Source: an uncultured Gemmatimonadales bacterium (lineage in GTDB: Bacteria; Gemmatimonadota; Gemmatimonadetes; Gemmatimonadales; GWC2-71-9). From it: 64,000 nt of DNA. Position 1 is the stretch's first letter, and every line of letters begins with the position of its first letter. A program made the position numbers and the translations under genes. Positions 8,506 through 19,525 of the stretch are shown here, in pieces. The DNA lies in NCBI GenBank assembly GCA_963821525.1, contig CAWGED010000019.1, positions 160,001-224,000 on the forward strand, in the 5' to 3' direction. The notes beneath the pieces were generated by a model that had not been told where the DNA came from, did no database searches, and was given only the letters and a program-made list of their open reading frames with translations.

Positions 8506-11500
8506 TCAGGCCTCCGTCCGGTGGAGAACCTTGGCCAGATAGGTAATCGCCGGCCGCACGTTGATCTCTTCGAAGACATGGTAGCCGCGGTGGTTGGTCT
8601 TGAGCGCCATCACCTTGCTGCCGGGATCCTTCATGTTGCCGAAGACGATGGCGTCCGAGGGACAGGCCTGGGCGCAGGCGGTGATGACATCGCCGTCCTT
8701 GAGCTGCCGGTCCTCCAGGCGGGCCTGGTGTCTGGGCTCCCGGATCCGCTGGACGCAGAAGGTGCACTTCTCCATCACGCCGCGGGCCCGGACCGTGACG
8801 TCGGGATTGAGCTGCAGGTTGAGCGGTTCGGGGAACGCCTTCTTCGCGTAGGCGAACCAGTTGAAGTACCGGACCTTGTAGGGACAGTTGTTGGAGCAGT
8901 AGCGGGTGCCCACGCAGCGGTTGTAGACCTGGCCGTTCAGCCCGTCCGGCGTGTGGTAGGCGGCGTAAACCGGGCAGACCGGCTCGCAGGGCGCCGTGTC
9001 GCAGTGCTGGCAGAGCATGGGAATGAACCCGCGCCTCGAGCGGATCGCCGGTATCACCCCCGCCCTCCCAGAACCGCTCGATGCGGATCCAGGTCATTTC
9101 GCGGCCCCGCCGGACTTCATCCTCGCCCACATAGGGGATGTTGTTCTCAGCGTAGCACGCGGTGACGCAGGCCGAGCATCCGGTGCACTTGGCGAGATCG
9201 ATCGCCATGCCCCACATGGGCTGATCGCCGGCGTAGGCGCCGTGCTTCCGTCTTCTCCAGCTGGCTCTCCCGGAAGCCGTGGATCGCTTCGACCTCGCGC
9301 TCGGTATTGATCTCGTGCTCCTCGTGGCCCTGTTCCTCGAGCGCGAGGGCGGGGGTGAGGCCCTTCTTGGCCTGCTCCAGCGTCATCGCGTCTGCGATGC
9401 CGCGACCCAGCTGGCGGGTGCGTGCCTTCGGTCTTCGCCAGCTTCTTGTACTGCCCGGTCTTGGTCAGGGTGACGCGAGTCGCGAGGTACGGCAGGAATC
9501 CGTTCCCGTCCTTGGCATCGAGCAGGTCCAGCGCGTTGACCCCACGGTCCTTGGCGAAATCGCCGAAGGCGGTGTGTCCCAGGCCGAGCGGAACCGCGAC
9601 GACGTCCGGATGGAGTCCGGGATAGATATAAGCCGGAGCCTCGATGTTTCCGTGGGGAGAGGTGAGCCGGAGGATCTCCCCTTCCCGCACGTCGAGGCGC
9701 TTGGCCAGCTCGGGGTGAATCTCAACCCACGAGTGCCAGGTGATCTTGGTGACTGGGTCAGACAGTCTCGAGCAGCCAGGGACGGTTGGCGAAGCGGCCG
9801 TCGCCCAGAACCGAGGCGTAGGGCGCGAACCAGTAACTGTCTCCCCCTCGCTGCCATCGAAAGACGCCGGGGTCGAACCGATCTGACCCGCGCTGGCTGC
9901 GAGGCGGACCGGTGTCACCGGCGCTTCGGTGTACACACCGCCGCGCTGCAACGCGGCGCGCCAGAAGCTCTCGGTATCGGTCGCACCCTGAGCTCGGCGC
10001 CACTGTCTGCCACTGGGTCTTGAGATAGGCCTCCCAGGACGGAGCATTGAAGCGGCTGAAGGCGCCACCGGCCTTCTGCGCCGTCTTGAGCAGGACATCG
10101 CCGGTCGCCATGCCGTTGAAGACCGGCTGCATTACCGGCTGCATCAGGCCGATCACCCCCGGCGCGGCCGGAGATCGTCCCAGCGCTCCAGGGCGTGCAA
10201 GCCGGGCAACAGCAGGTCGCAGAGAGCGGCGGTCTCATCCAGGTAGAGCGAGGTCGAGACCTTGAAGGGAACCTTGTTGAATTTCGCAGCGAAGCCGCCC
10301 TTGGCTGGCAGCGAGTAGACCGGGTTGGCCTCGTGGACGAGCACCAGCGAGACCCGCCCGCCATCCATGTCGGAGCCGAGGGCTTCGAGGGCGCCGTAGC
10401 CTTCACCACCGTCGAGGTCGGAGCCGAAGTTGACCGTGGTCCCGACGTTGCCGGCGATGTAGTTGAGCAGATTGACCGCGGCGCAAAGATCAATGGCGCC
10501 GCGATGCTGGTTCCCGATCCCGCCCGCTACGGCAAGGCTGGGCTTGGCGGAGGCGAACTCGCGCGCTACTCGGCGAATCACCTCGGCGCCGACACCGCTC
10601 GCTTCCTGCGCCTTCTCCGGGGTGAACGCCGCGAGCGCGCCGCGAAGCGCGTTGGCATCGGCCGGATTGCCGCTCCGCTCGCTCAGCAGCACGTTCGCCA
10701 TCGCTAGCACGATCGCGGTGTCTGCGCCGGGCTTGGTCGGGTGCCACTCGTCGGCGTTCATCCCGGTGAGCGACATCCGCGGAGCGAAGGCGACATGCTT
10801 CGCCATGTTCCCATTGTCGTAGCCATGGGACTTGGCGAATCCGCGCTGGTTCTCGAGCGGGGAGAGCCAGTTTTCCAGGAAGTCGGCCCCGAAGGAGACG
10901 ATGTACTTCGCGGCCGCGAAATCGTGGGCCGGCAGCTCGTTGGTGCCGAAGGTGCGGAGATTGGCCGCCCGCAGCGCCTCGTGAGCGAAGGGCTCGTAGC
11001 GAACTACCCGGCCCCCTGCGGCGGCAGTCCACTCGGCGAGGAAATCGGAGAAGGTGCCGCGGCCGGCGCCCGAGATCACCGCCACCTTGCCAGCAGCGCC
11101 GCTCAATTTCCCGGCGAGTGCCGCGATCGCTTCATCCCATGTCACATCCTTGAAGCTGCCGTCCGGCTGACGGGTCTTGGGCCCGGTGAGCCGTCCCGGG
11201 TTGTAGAGTCCCTGAAGTGCTGATTCGCCGCTGGGAACACATCTTCCCCGCATTCACCGGATGCTGGGGATTCCCTTCCAGCTTGATCGCCCGGCCTTCG
11301 CGAGTCTTTACGTGCAACCCGCACCCCGCCGAACATTCGGTGCAGGTGCTGGCGTAGTAGGTGGGAATGCCCGGCACCTGGTCCTCGGATTGAACCAGGT
11401 AAGGAACCAGCTTCTCTATCCGCTCGGTCGAACAGCCGGAAACCGCCATCGCCCCAGCGCCCGTCGCCCCGAGGACGGTGAGGAAGCGACGGCGATCCAT

Positions 11501-11527
11501 GCCTTCCTTCGGAGTTTCGTCTGACAT
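8506..11527 (-). CDS. actB: ACIII subunit ActB (molybdopterin-oxidoreductase-like domain plus Fe-S domain); several indels
   Basis: Tat signal [48 protein letters not shown]. Confidence 0.9.
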
Positions 11528-11550
11528 TCGTGCTCCGAGTAGCCGTCAGG

Positions 11551-12157
11551 CTAGTGATGACACGCCGTACAATCCCGATTGACTTTCCGTTCCACATGGC
11601 AGGTGACGCAGAAGCCCATGTTCGTCACGTTGTTCACCTTGAAGACCTGCGGCATGCGCTGGACGTCGCCATGACAGGTGCTGCAGGCGTTGGGTCCCAT
11701 CGCCTGAATGTGCCGACTGTGCGGGAAGTGCACGTGCCTCGCCAGCGCATGAATGCGGGCCCACTCCAGATGCGGTTTGGCGGGATCGCTCTTGTCGGCC
11801 CAGAACTGGCGCAACTTCTTGATTTCCGTCTTGCCCCCGCTGTCGCTCCCCGAGATGACCAAGTGGCAGCCCATGCAGGTCTGAAGGCTCGGGATGCCCG
11901 GCTCATTCGATACGCCCACGCTGTAGTGGCAGTACTGGCACTGGATCTTGTACTGGCCGGCGTGGATGTCGTGACGGAAGAAGATGGGTTGGCGGGGACC
12001 GTAGAGGTCTGACGGTGTCGCCGGCAGCTATGGCCGTTGCGGTCACGGAGTCGGGGGCAGGTTTCCCCTGCTGAGCACCCCCGGGTCGTTGCAACAGGGC
12101 CGCCGCGCCCAGGGCGAGGAGAACCGACCCAGCTCCGAGAATGGCCAGCTTGCGCAT
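11551..12157 (-). CDS. actA: ACIII pentaheme cytochrome c ActA; indel near 12000
   Basis: Five CxxCH motifs (CQYCH, CMGCH, CSTCH, CVTCH, CTACH) after an N-terminal hydrophobic anchor. Confidence 0.88.
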
Positions 12158-12226
12158 GATCGCTCAGGAACGGGAGAGGAGTCGCCCGCCGACCGGTTCC
12201 AAGTCCAAGTCAGCGGAGGCAGAAGT

Positions 12227-12244
12227 TTGTGAATTGTTTCACGA
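12227..12244. promoter_or_regulatory. Rex-type operator of the act operon
   Basis: TTGTGAATTGTTTCACGA, 1 mismatch to TTGTGAA-N4-TTCACAA; lies downstream of a minus-strand TATACT -10 at 12271-12276. Confidence 0.7.
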
Positions 12245-12312
12245 ATTTTCAAGGGCCGGCATGCGGGCCAAGTATAGCTCGTCCAGCCCCTTCAACAACC
12301 GGCACTTTGGTG

Positions 12313-12807
12313 CTAGCCGGTCAGCGTTCTCCGCGCCAGCACAGCGGCGGGCGTCTCGGCCGTGAGCCACGCCAGCTTGCGCCGGGCAAAGCCGACGAAA
12401 ACCTCAGCTGCCTTCTGATCGGTAATCTCGATGCTGCACCAGCGAAGCGGGCCGGTGCGGTGACCGCTCTGAATCGCGTCGCTGATGACCGAAGGGAGCC
12501 GGGAGATGGCGAGAGCCTTCCGCTCTTCTCCATCACTGAGGGTGAAGGTTCCCCCTACTCCGTTCTGCATGACGTGGAGCCAGCAAAGCTTCCGGCTTCC
12601 CGCCGCATACTCCCAGGCCCAACGCCAACTCGGGCCCATGAATTTGACCGATTCGGATACGCCCGGAAGCGCCAGGAGACCTTCCCTTACCTTGCGAAAA
12701 CGCGCGCCGATCGGACCGGGGAGGTCCCGGTACGGGGCGGAAGGCTTGGGTTCTTGGCGGGATTCGGGATAGAGATTGACGGCCCAGTACGCGGCGGATC
12801 GGCCCAC
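12313..12807 (-). CDS. Hypothetical protein, DUF3788-like
   Basis: Coding-like C-terminal part of ORF 12313..13626; GTG with GGAG upstream; WAWEY..RKLCWL, GPLRW. Confidence 0.55.
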   Translation of the reverse strand: MGRSAAYWAVNLYPESRQEPKPSAPYRDLPGPIGARFRKVREGLLALPGVSESVKFMGPSWRWAWEYAAGSRKLCWLHVMQNGVGGTFTLSDGEERKALAISRLPSVISDAIQSGHRTGPLRWCSIEITDQKAAEVFVGFARRKLAWLTAETPAAVLARRTLTG

Positions 12808-12851
12808 GTGGTTCTCTCCCGGTTGGCTTAGGTGAATCTTCGGCGAGAAAC

Positions 12852-13626
12852 CTAATCGGGGACCGGTGGGTGATCCAAGGGCGGGACCTGCACACCGCTT
12901 CGTTCGAGAAAACGGACTACCTCGATTCCCATCGCCCGGATCAGGGCCGCCTCCCGGCCGTCCAGGTCCGCCCGGTAGATGATTTCGCGGAAGGACCGCA
13001 TCACATGCTCGGCCTGGCGGGTCTTGAAGAAATCGATGCCCCAGAGGGCCCGCTCCCAGTCGGCGAAGAGCCGCTCGAGCAATCCGGACTCCGGGGCGCC
13101 TACCTGTTTGCGGGGCGGCTTTAAGGGTTGGCGTTCGCCGCCCGCCGCCAGGCGGATCTCGTAGCACATGATGGCCACGGCCTGGGCCAGGTTGAGCGAG
13201 CGGTACGCCGGATTGGTGGGGATGGTGACCAGGGCGTGACAGCGGTCCAGCTCGTCGTTGGTGAGCCCCTTGTCCTCGCGACCGGCCACGATCGCGACGG
13301 TGCCGCGATCCGCCCGGGCCATTAGCTCGGCAGCCGCCAGCGCCGGGGCGAATTACGGTGCGCTTGGCCGCGCGCTCCCGTGCGGTAAGAGCGACGACGT
13401 AGACACAGTCTTCTATCGCTTCCTGCAGCGTGTTGTGGATGCTGATGCTGTCCACGTAATCGGCCGTGCTATGCGCGATCCCCTCGATGCGGTACGGGTC
13501 GAAGATCGCCGGAGCAACGAGGCGCACCTGGCTCAGGGCGAAGTTCTTCGCCACCCGGACCGCACTGCCGATATTCACCACGTCCTGAGGCTCGACCAGC
13601 ACCAGCACCGGCGCCTGCAGGCTCAC
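12852..13626 (-). CDS. TrmJ/TrmH (SpoU) family RNA methyltransferase; indel near 13335
   Basis: LVEPQDVVNIGS, GREDKGLTNDEL, SLNLAQAVAIMCYE. Confidence 0.88.
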
Positions 13627-13632
13627 GCCGTG

Positions 13633-15120
13633 TCACTCCCCAAGAAACGAGGTGTCGAGCCGCTTCGCCTTGAGCGCCGCGGCAAATCCGGTCTTGTCGG
13701 CCGACTTGGCATACGCGTCTTTCGGCTCCACCATCTTTCTTCTCCACCAGCTCGATCAGCGCATCATTCAGGGTGACCATTCCCGCCTTGCGATTGGTCT
13801 GCATGATCGAGGGAATCTGGAAGGTCTTCCCCTCGCGGATCAGGTTGGCGATGGCCGGAATCGAGAGCAGCACTTCCTTCGCGGCAACCCGCCCGCCCCC
13901 GATCTTCGGGCAGAGCACCTGGGCGATGACGCCTTTGAGCGACTCGGAGAGCATCACCCGGATCTGCGACTGCCGGTCGGCCGGGAACTGGTCGATGATC
14001 CGGTCTACGGTCGAAGCGGCGGTGGTAGTGTGCAGAGTTCCGAAAACCAGGTGTCCGGTTTCGGCCGTCTCGATCGCGATGGAGACAGTCTCCAAGTCGC
14101 GCATCTCGCCCACCATGATCACGTCGGGATCTTCCCGAAGAGCGGCACGCAGCGCCTGCTTGAAGGACTTGGTATGGAACCCGACTTGCCGCTGGGTCAC
14201 GACGCACTTCTGCGGCGAATGGACGAACTCGATCGGGTCTTCGATGGTCAGGATGTGATCGGTCCGGGTACGGTTGATCAGGTCCACCAGTGCCGCAAGC
14301 GTCGTCGACTTGCCGGAGCCGGTCGGGCCCGTGACCAGGACCAGTCCCTTCGGCAGGTAGCAGAGCTTCTGAATCTCGGCGGAGATGCCGAGCTGCTCCA
14401 CGGTCTGAATCTGCGAGGGAATGACCCGGAAGACGCCCATCGGGCCGCGGCGCTCCACCGCCGCGTTGGCGCGGAACCGCGCGGTGTTCGGAAGCTCATA
14501 CGCCCAGTCCGCGTCACCACCCTCGCGGAATTCGTCGAGCTCTCTCGTGGCCATGATGCTGGTCAGCATCGCCTCCACTTCCTCGGCGCGGAGCTCCGGG
14601 CCCTCGTGACGCTCCAGCTCGCCGTCGCGGCGGAAGATGGGAGGTTCACCGGTGCGCAGGTGCAGATCGCTCGAACCAGTTTCTACAGTTCGGCGGAGCA
14701 GCTCCTCCATGCGTGCGCGCGCGTCAGACGCCGGTTGAGTTCGGAGCGAGGGAGTGATTTTCGGCTCCGGTGCGGGCGCTGCCGCACGGCTGATCCGTTG
14801 GTCGGCGTCGTGATAGAGGGCGGAGCCGTCCCGTCAGGGGGCCGGATTGTGGCGCTTCCCTTCGCCAGTTCGACGTCCACCTTCCCGCTCGGCGAGAGAT
14901 AGGCGAAGGCGGCGCTCGCCCCGTCGGTAAAGTTGGGTTGGAGCTGGCTCGGCGCGATTTCCTTGACCAGCATGGTCACCTGAGCCGCGGTCAGCGGTTC
15001 TTTGGTGACAGGACGAGTCGAGTCTCCCACCAGCAGGGAGGCCGGCTTGCCGGCGTGGAGCGCCAGGCTTCTGGCGCCGTGTTCATGCATGGCCTGGATG
15101 AACTTGTCGAGACGGGGCAC
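13633..15120 (-). CDS. pilT: PilT/PilU type IV pilus retraction ATPase with extra N-terminal domain; indels
   Basis: SDLHL, GPTGSGKSTT, TIEDPIE, ALREDPD..GEMRD, TGHLVFGTLH, AIANLIRE. Confidence 0.9.
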
Positions 15121-15128
15121 TGAAATCC

Positions 15129-15593
15129 TCAGCTCAGGGGACGGGCGGCGCGGACATGGCTACGGTTCAGACAAACCGTGGTCTCGCCGACGACAAGACT
15201 GAAAAAGCGTTCGGGTGCATTCAGGTAATCGGAGGCACGGCTCCGGTTGGGCGGAAGCTCGGTCGCGGCAAAGCCGCGATACTCGTCACCGCCGCTCATA
15301 ATGACCTCGAGCCCAATGTGGAGAGCGGCGGATTCCCGCTCCGGATCCTGACTCATCGGACCCTGGTAGGCGAGAGCCGCGACCTGGGCCTTCGCCAGAA
15401 AGACGACCTCGCCGCTGGGCAACGAGAGGGGGAAGAAATTCTCCTCCCGGTTGAGCAGTTCGAGCGGGGTCTCCCGCGACTCGTGGAGCGCGGTGCTGGG
15501 CTGCAGGTGGAGGTCTCCATCGATGGTCATCCCCTCAACCATCAGAACCCGAACCTGCAGTCTTTCCGTTGCAGCCCACTGAGTAGATGCCAC
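15129..15593 (-). CDS. Hypothetical protein with two similar halves
   Basis: Internal repeat (ELLNREENFFPL / DYLNAPERFFSL); co-oriented and tightly spaced with pilT. Confidence 0.7.
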   Translation of the reverse strand: MASTQWAATERLQVRVLMVEGMTIDGDLHLQPSTALHESRETPLELLNREENFFPLSLPSGEVVFLAKAQVAALAYQGPMSQDPERESAALHIGLEVIMSGGDEYRGFAATELPPNRSRASDYLNAPERFFSLVVGETTVCLNRSHVRAARPLS

Positions 15594-15602
15594 TGTCTCC
15601 TC

Positions 15603-16490
15603 CTAGCCTCGAATCTCGGCGCCCGCGTCCTGTTCCTGCAGGCGGATTGCTTCCATATAGTCAGCACCCTCGCCCAGACGGGCACGGGCTTCATTCAGCA
15701 GCTCGGACGCCCGGTGCAGCAGCGGAGATTTGATCCCCTGCTCCTCCAGGAAACGGCAGGCGATATCCACGTCCTTGGCCAGGAGTGCGAGGCGAAACGT
15801 CACCGGCCATGCTCCGGTCATTACCCGGTCGGGAACCAGCACCTCGCTCACGAAACTGCGACCGCTCGATGTGTTGAGGACATCGAGTGCCTTCCTGGCC
15901 TGAACACCAGCCTTAACCAGCCCTACCATTCCCTCACCGAACGCCAGGATGCCGACCGCGAGAAGCGCATTGTTGATCGCCTTCATCGCGTGGCCGGTAC
16001 CGACTGGCCCCATGTGTTCGATGCGCTTGGCAAACTGGGCCAGAATCGGCTTGGCCCGCTCGAACGTGGCATCGCTGCCGCCCACCATCACCGTCAGAGT
16101 TCCCGCCTCGGCGCCGTTGGTACCACCGCTCACCGGGGCATCGGCGAAATCCACCCCTTGAGCCTCCAGCTGCGCCGCGATCCGCACCGAAGCAGCGGGC
16201 TCGCCAGAGGTACAGTCAAGAAATAGTGCGCCTGTTCTGATTCCAGACAGTATTCCCTCGGGGCCTTCGAGGATCTGTTGCACCTCGCCCGAGTTTGGCA
16301 GGCAAGTGAGAAGGACTTCGGCATTCTCGGCCGCCATCTGCGGGGTTTGTGCCACGCGGGCTCCATGCGTCTGGGCAAATTCGACCGCCCGCCTCGCGGT
16401 GCGATTCCATACCGTAAGCTCATGGCTGCGCGCCAAATGAGCCGCCATGGGACGACCGATGGCACCCAGACCGAGGAAGGAGACTCGCAT
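15603..16490 (-). CDS. 3-hydroxyisobutyrate dehydrogenase-family NAD(P) oxidoreductase
   Basis: FLGLGAIG, DAPVSGG, GTLTVMVGG, MKAINN. Confidence 0.9.
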   Translation of the reverse strand: MRVSFLGLGAIGRPMAAHLARSHELTVWNRTARRAVEFAQTHGARVAQTPQMAAENAEVLLTCLPNSGEVQQILEGPEGILSGIRTGALFLDCTSGEPAASVRIAAQLEAQGVDFADAPVSGGTNGAEAGTLTVMVGGSDATFERAKPILAQFAKRIEHMGPVGTGHAMKAINNALLAVGILAFGEGMVGLVKAGVQARKALDVLNTSSGRSFVSEVLVPDRVMTGAWPVTFRLALLAKDVDIACRFLEEQGIKSPLLHRASELLNEARARLGEGADYMEAIRLQEQDAGAEIRG

Positions 16491-16603
16491 AAGTGGGCTA
16501 AAGGCTAAGTGCGGGGGCCCCGGCGTGGTAGCCGGGCGAATGGCCGAGGGTAGATTTCCCTGTCCGAGGAACGGAATTCACCCGCTATTCGCGTGGAGGA
16601 AAA

Positions 16604-17600
16604 GTGAGGTCGTCAATTTTGAGCGGCGGGACGGTGCTTGGGCTGCTGGCGTTTGCCCTGGCCTGTGCCCCGAAGCAGCAAGCCGGCAGAGAAAGCAGAA
16701 AACAAGGAGCCCGCGGATTCCAACACCCGGACTCTGGCCGTCATAGGGGGTCCCGGTTCCCATATCGAGGGAATCGCCGAACATGGCGGGAAACTGTACG
16801 TGGCGGACTGGAAGGACGCGGCGGTCTATCGCATTGATCCAGCGAATCCGGCGCCCACCCGGGTCGCCGTGCTTCCCGTACCGGGAGTCGGCATCCTCGG
16901 CGTCGCGGCCGATGACGCCGGGAATCTCTATTTCGCCGTCCCCGATTCAGGCCTTGTGCTGAAGGTCGCCGCAGACCGGATTGGCGCGTCGGACTTCAGC
17001 GCGACCAGTGACGTTACGAAGTTCGCCACCGGCGCAAAGGGAGCCAACGGTCTCGCATTCGATCATTCGGGACATCTCTGGATTGGTGGAGGAGAAAGTC
17101 ACGCCCTCTACCATGTAGGACCGAAGGGTGGAAAGGCGCAGGTCTTTGCGAAGGATTACTCCCCGATGAATCCCGACACCACCGTAGGCGTCCGGCCCTA
17201 CACGGTGAACGGTGTGGCGGTGGACTCCAAGGGGCTCGTCTACACAGTGAATACGGGAACCGGCGAGGTGAGCCGGCTCGAGGTCAAGCCCGACTACAAG
17301 CCGGGCAAGATCGAGAGTTTCGTGAAGGATGACCGGCTGATGGGCGCCGATGGCGTGATCGTCGACGGGCAGGACAACCTCTGGATCGCCTGCAACATCC
17401 GGAACGCACTGGTGAAAGTGACCCAGGCGGGAGAAATCAGCGAGATCGCGGTCAACGGACCGGGAGGCCCGATGCACTTCCCGGCCGAGCTCAAGGCGGC
17501 CGGCAACGCGATCTATCTGGCGAACCTCAACATGCCTATGGGGGCGAACGCCGGAACAACCGACTCGAGCGCGAGCGTCGTGGAAGTGAAGCTTCCGTAA
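16604..17600 (+). CDS. SMP-30/gluconolactonase-family beta-propeller lipoprotein; indel near the 5' end
   Basis: Lipobox ALAC; EG, ANGLAFD, VNGVAVD, ADGVIVD repeats. Confidence 0.8.
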
Positions 17601-17622
17601 GAAGTCGGAGCATGGAGGCCTG

Positions 17623-18816
17623 ATGGCTGCACGAACGCTGCATTTGGACCTGGACGCCTTCTTCGTCGAGGTGTGCCGGCAGCGTCACCCGGAGTTGCGG
17701 AACGTCGAGTTCCTCGTGGTCGGAGGACGGCGAGAAGAACGGGGAGTCGTGCAGTCAGCCTCCTACGCGGCGCGGAAGTTTGGAGTTCGGGCGGGAATGC
17801 CGATCGCGGAAGCCGCGCGGCGCTGTCCTCAAGCGACTTTCTTTCGTGGTTCCTTCCGGCACTACCGCGACGCGTCGCGGGCGGTGCTGGCTGTCCTTCG
17901 CAGATACTCGCCGACCGTGGTGATGGCTTCGCTGGATGAGGCGTATCTCGATTTCACCGGGACCGAGCGGATGTTCCCCGTTTCGCTGCTGCCGGAGGCG
18001 GAGCGGATCCGGGATGCGGTGAAGCAGGAGACGGGACTCGATAGCAGCATCGGGATCGGCACCAACCGGATGATCGCGAAGCTGGCCTCGGATCAGGCGA
18101 AACCGAGAGGGCTAATGGAGATTCGGGCAGGCTGGGAAGAAGGATTCCTGGCCGGACTCCCGCTTCGCGCGTTGCCAGGTGTAGGACCCAAGACGGCCGA
18201 GCGCTGGGCCGGCTTGGGTCTCACCGAAGTCCGCCAGATCCAGGAAATGGAGCTGGAGAACCTGCAGCGGATTCTGGGAGACGGCGCCCGGGAACTCAAG
18301 CTCCGGGCGCACGGACATGGGTCCTCTCGCCTGAGCGCCGATCGGCTCCCCCGCTCGGTGAGCCGGGAGACGACCCTGTCGCGCGATGCCACCGATAAGG
18401 GCCGGCTGGATGCGCTGCTGGCGCTTTTCGTGAGCCGGGTAGCGGGTCAGCTGCGGGAAGAAGGGCTCGCCGCGCGCACCGTGGTCCTCAAGTTGCGGCA
18501 CGGCGATTTCTACACCGTTACCCGCCGGCATACGCTGGGCGAACCGACCTCTCTGGACAAGGAGATTCTGGTTGCGGCCCGGGCATTGTTCGATCGCGCG
18601 TTTGAGGATGTGATACGGAGGAAGAAGGGCGTCCGGCTGATCGGTGTCGCGGCGACCAATCTCGTAGAATCAGCCACCGAGGATCTCTTTGAGCCGGTCG
18701 AGCGTACAAGATTGCGGGAACTCACCACCGCGATAGATCAGGTGAGGAAGAAGTTCGGGTTTGATGCGGTAGCGACAGCGGAAACGCTGCCGCTCAGGAG
18801 ACAGGAGCGGGAATGA
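17623..18816 (+). CDS. dinB: DNA polymerase IV
   Basis: HLDLDAFF, SASYAARKFGVRAGMP, SLDEAYLD, AKLASDQAKP. Confidence 0.93.
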   Translation: MAARTLHLDLDAFFVEVCRQRHPELRNVEFLVVGGRREERGVVQSASYAARKFGVRAGMPIAEAARRCPQATFFRGSFRHYRDASRAVLAVLRRYSPTVVMASLDEAYLDFTGTERMFPVSLLPEAERIRDAVKQETGLDSSIGIGTNRMIAKLASDQAKPRGLMEIRAGWEEGFLAGLPLRALPGVGPKTAERWAGLGLTEVRQIQEMELENLQRILGDGARELKLRAHGHGSSRLSADRLPRSVSRETTLSRDATDKGRLDALLALFVSRVAGQLREEGLAARTVVLKLRHGDFYTVTRRHTLGEPTSLDKEILVAARALFDRAFEDVIRRKKGVRLIGVAATNLVESATEDLFEPVERTRLRELTTAIDQVRKKFGFDAVATAETLPLRRQERE

Positions 18817-19519
18817 GATGGATTCTGGCGGCCCTGGTGCTGGTGGCCGCGACGACTACAGAGGCGCAGGCACAGCTCGCGCTGACACCGCAGGAGATTT
18901 TGCAGGCCTGTCAGGCTGGGGATTACCCGGAATGCGTCCACTATGCGGATTTGCTCTCGGGCGGGCGCGGAGTGACCCAGTCGAACGACGAGGCGGTGCG
19001 AATTCTGACCGGAACCTGTGACAAGGGCTACGCACCTGCCTGCACTCAGCTGGGGATCTGGAACGAGTCCGGCGTTCAGATGAACCCGAACCGGGAACGG
19101 GCCAACTCTTATTTTCGCCGCGGTTGTGAGATGGGCTCGGCCGAGGGATGTGCCAGGCTCGGCACCTCCTACGAGCAAGGCACGGGGGTAATCCAGAACT
19201 CCACCAACGCGGTTTCCTATTATCCCAGGCCTGCGGACTCGGCCGCCAGTCATCCTGCGTGAAGCTGGGTACGCTCTTTGAGAATGGCCAGGGAGTGAGT
19301 CAGGATCGGGGTCGAGCGGCGGCGCTCTACCTCCAGGCTTGTCAGGAGCTCGACGCCAACGGCTGTGTGCTGCTGGGGAACATGTACGAGAACGGGCGGG
19401 GAGTAGATCACGATCCGGATCGGGCGGCAGCGCTGTATCGCCGCGCCTGTGAAATCGGAAACGTCCAGGCCTGCCGGGTCCCGCTGCCGGGAGATCGCAG
19501 TACCTTCGAAAACCCCTGA
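18813..19519 (+). CDS. Secreted Sel1-repeat protein; indel near 19225
   Basis: Signal peptide and repeated C-x2-LG-x2-Y-x2-G-x-GV units. Confidence 0.85.
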
Positions 19520-19525
19520 GGCAGG

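Noticed and set aside
12313..13626. Apparent methyltransferase-hypothetical fusion ORF (437 aa)
   Set aside because: Artefact of an indel near 13335; the methyltransferase ends at 12852 in another frame
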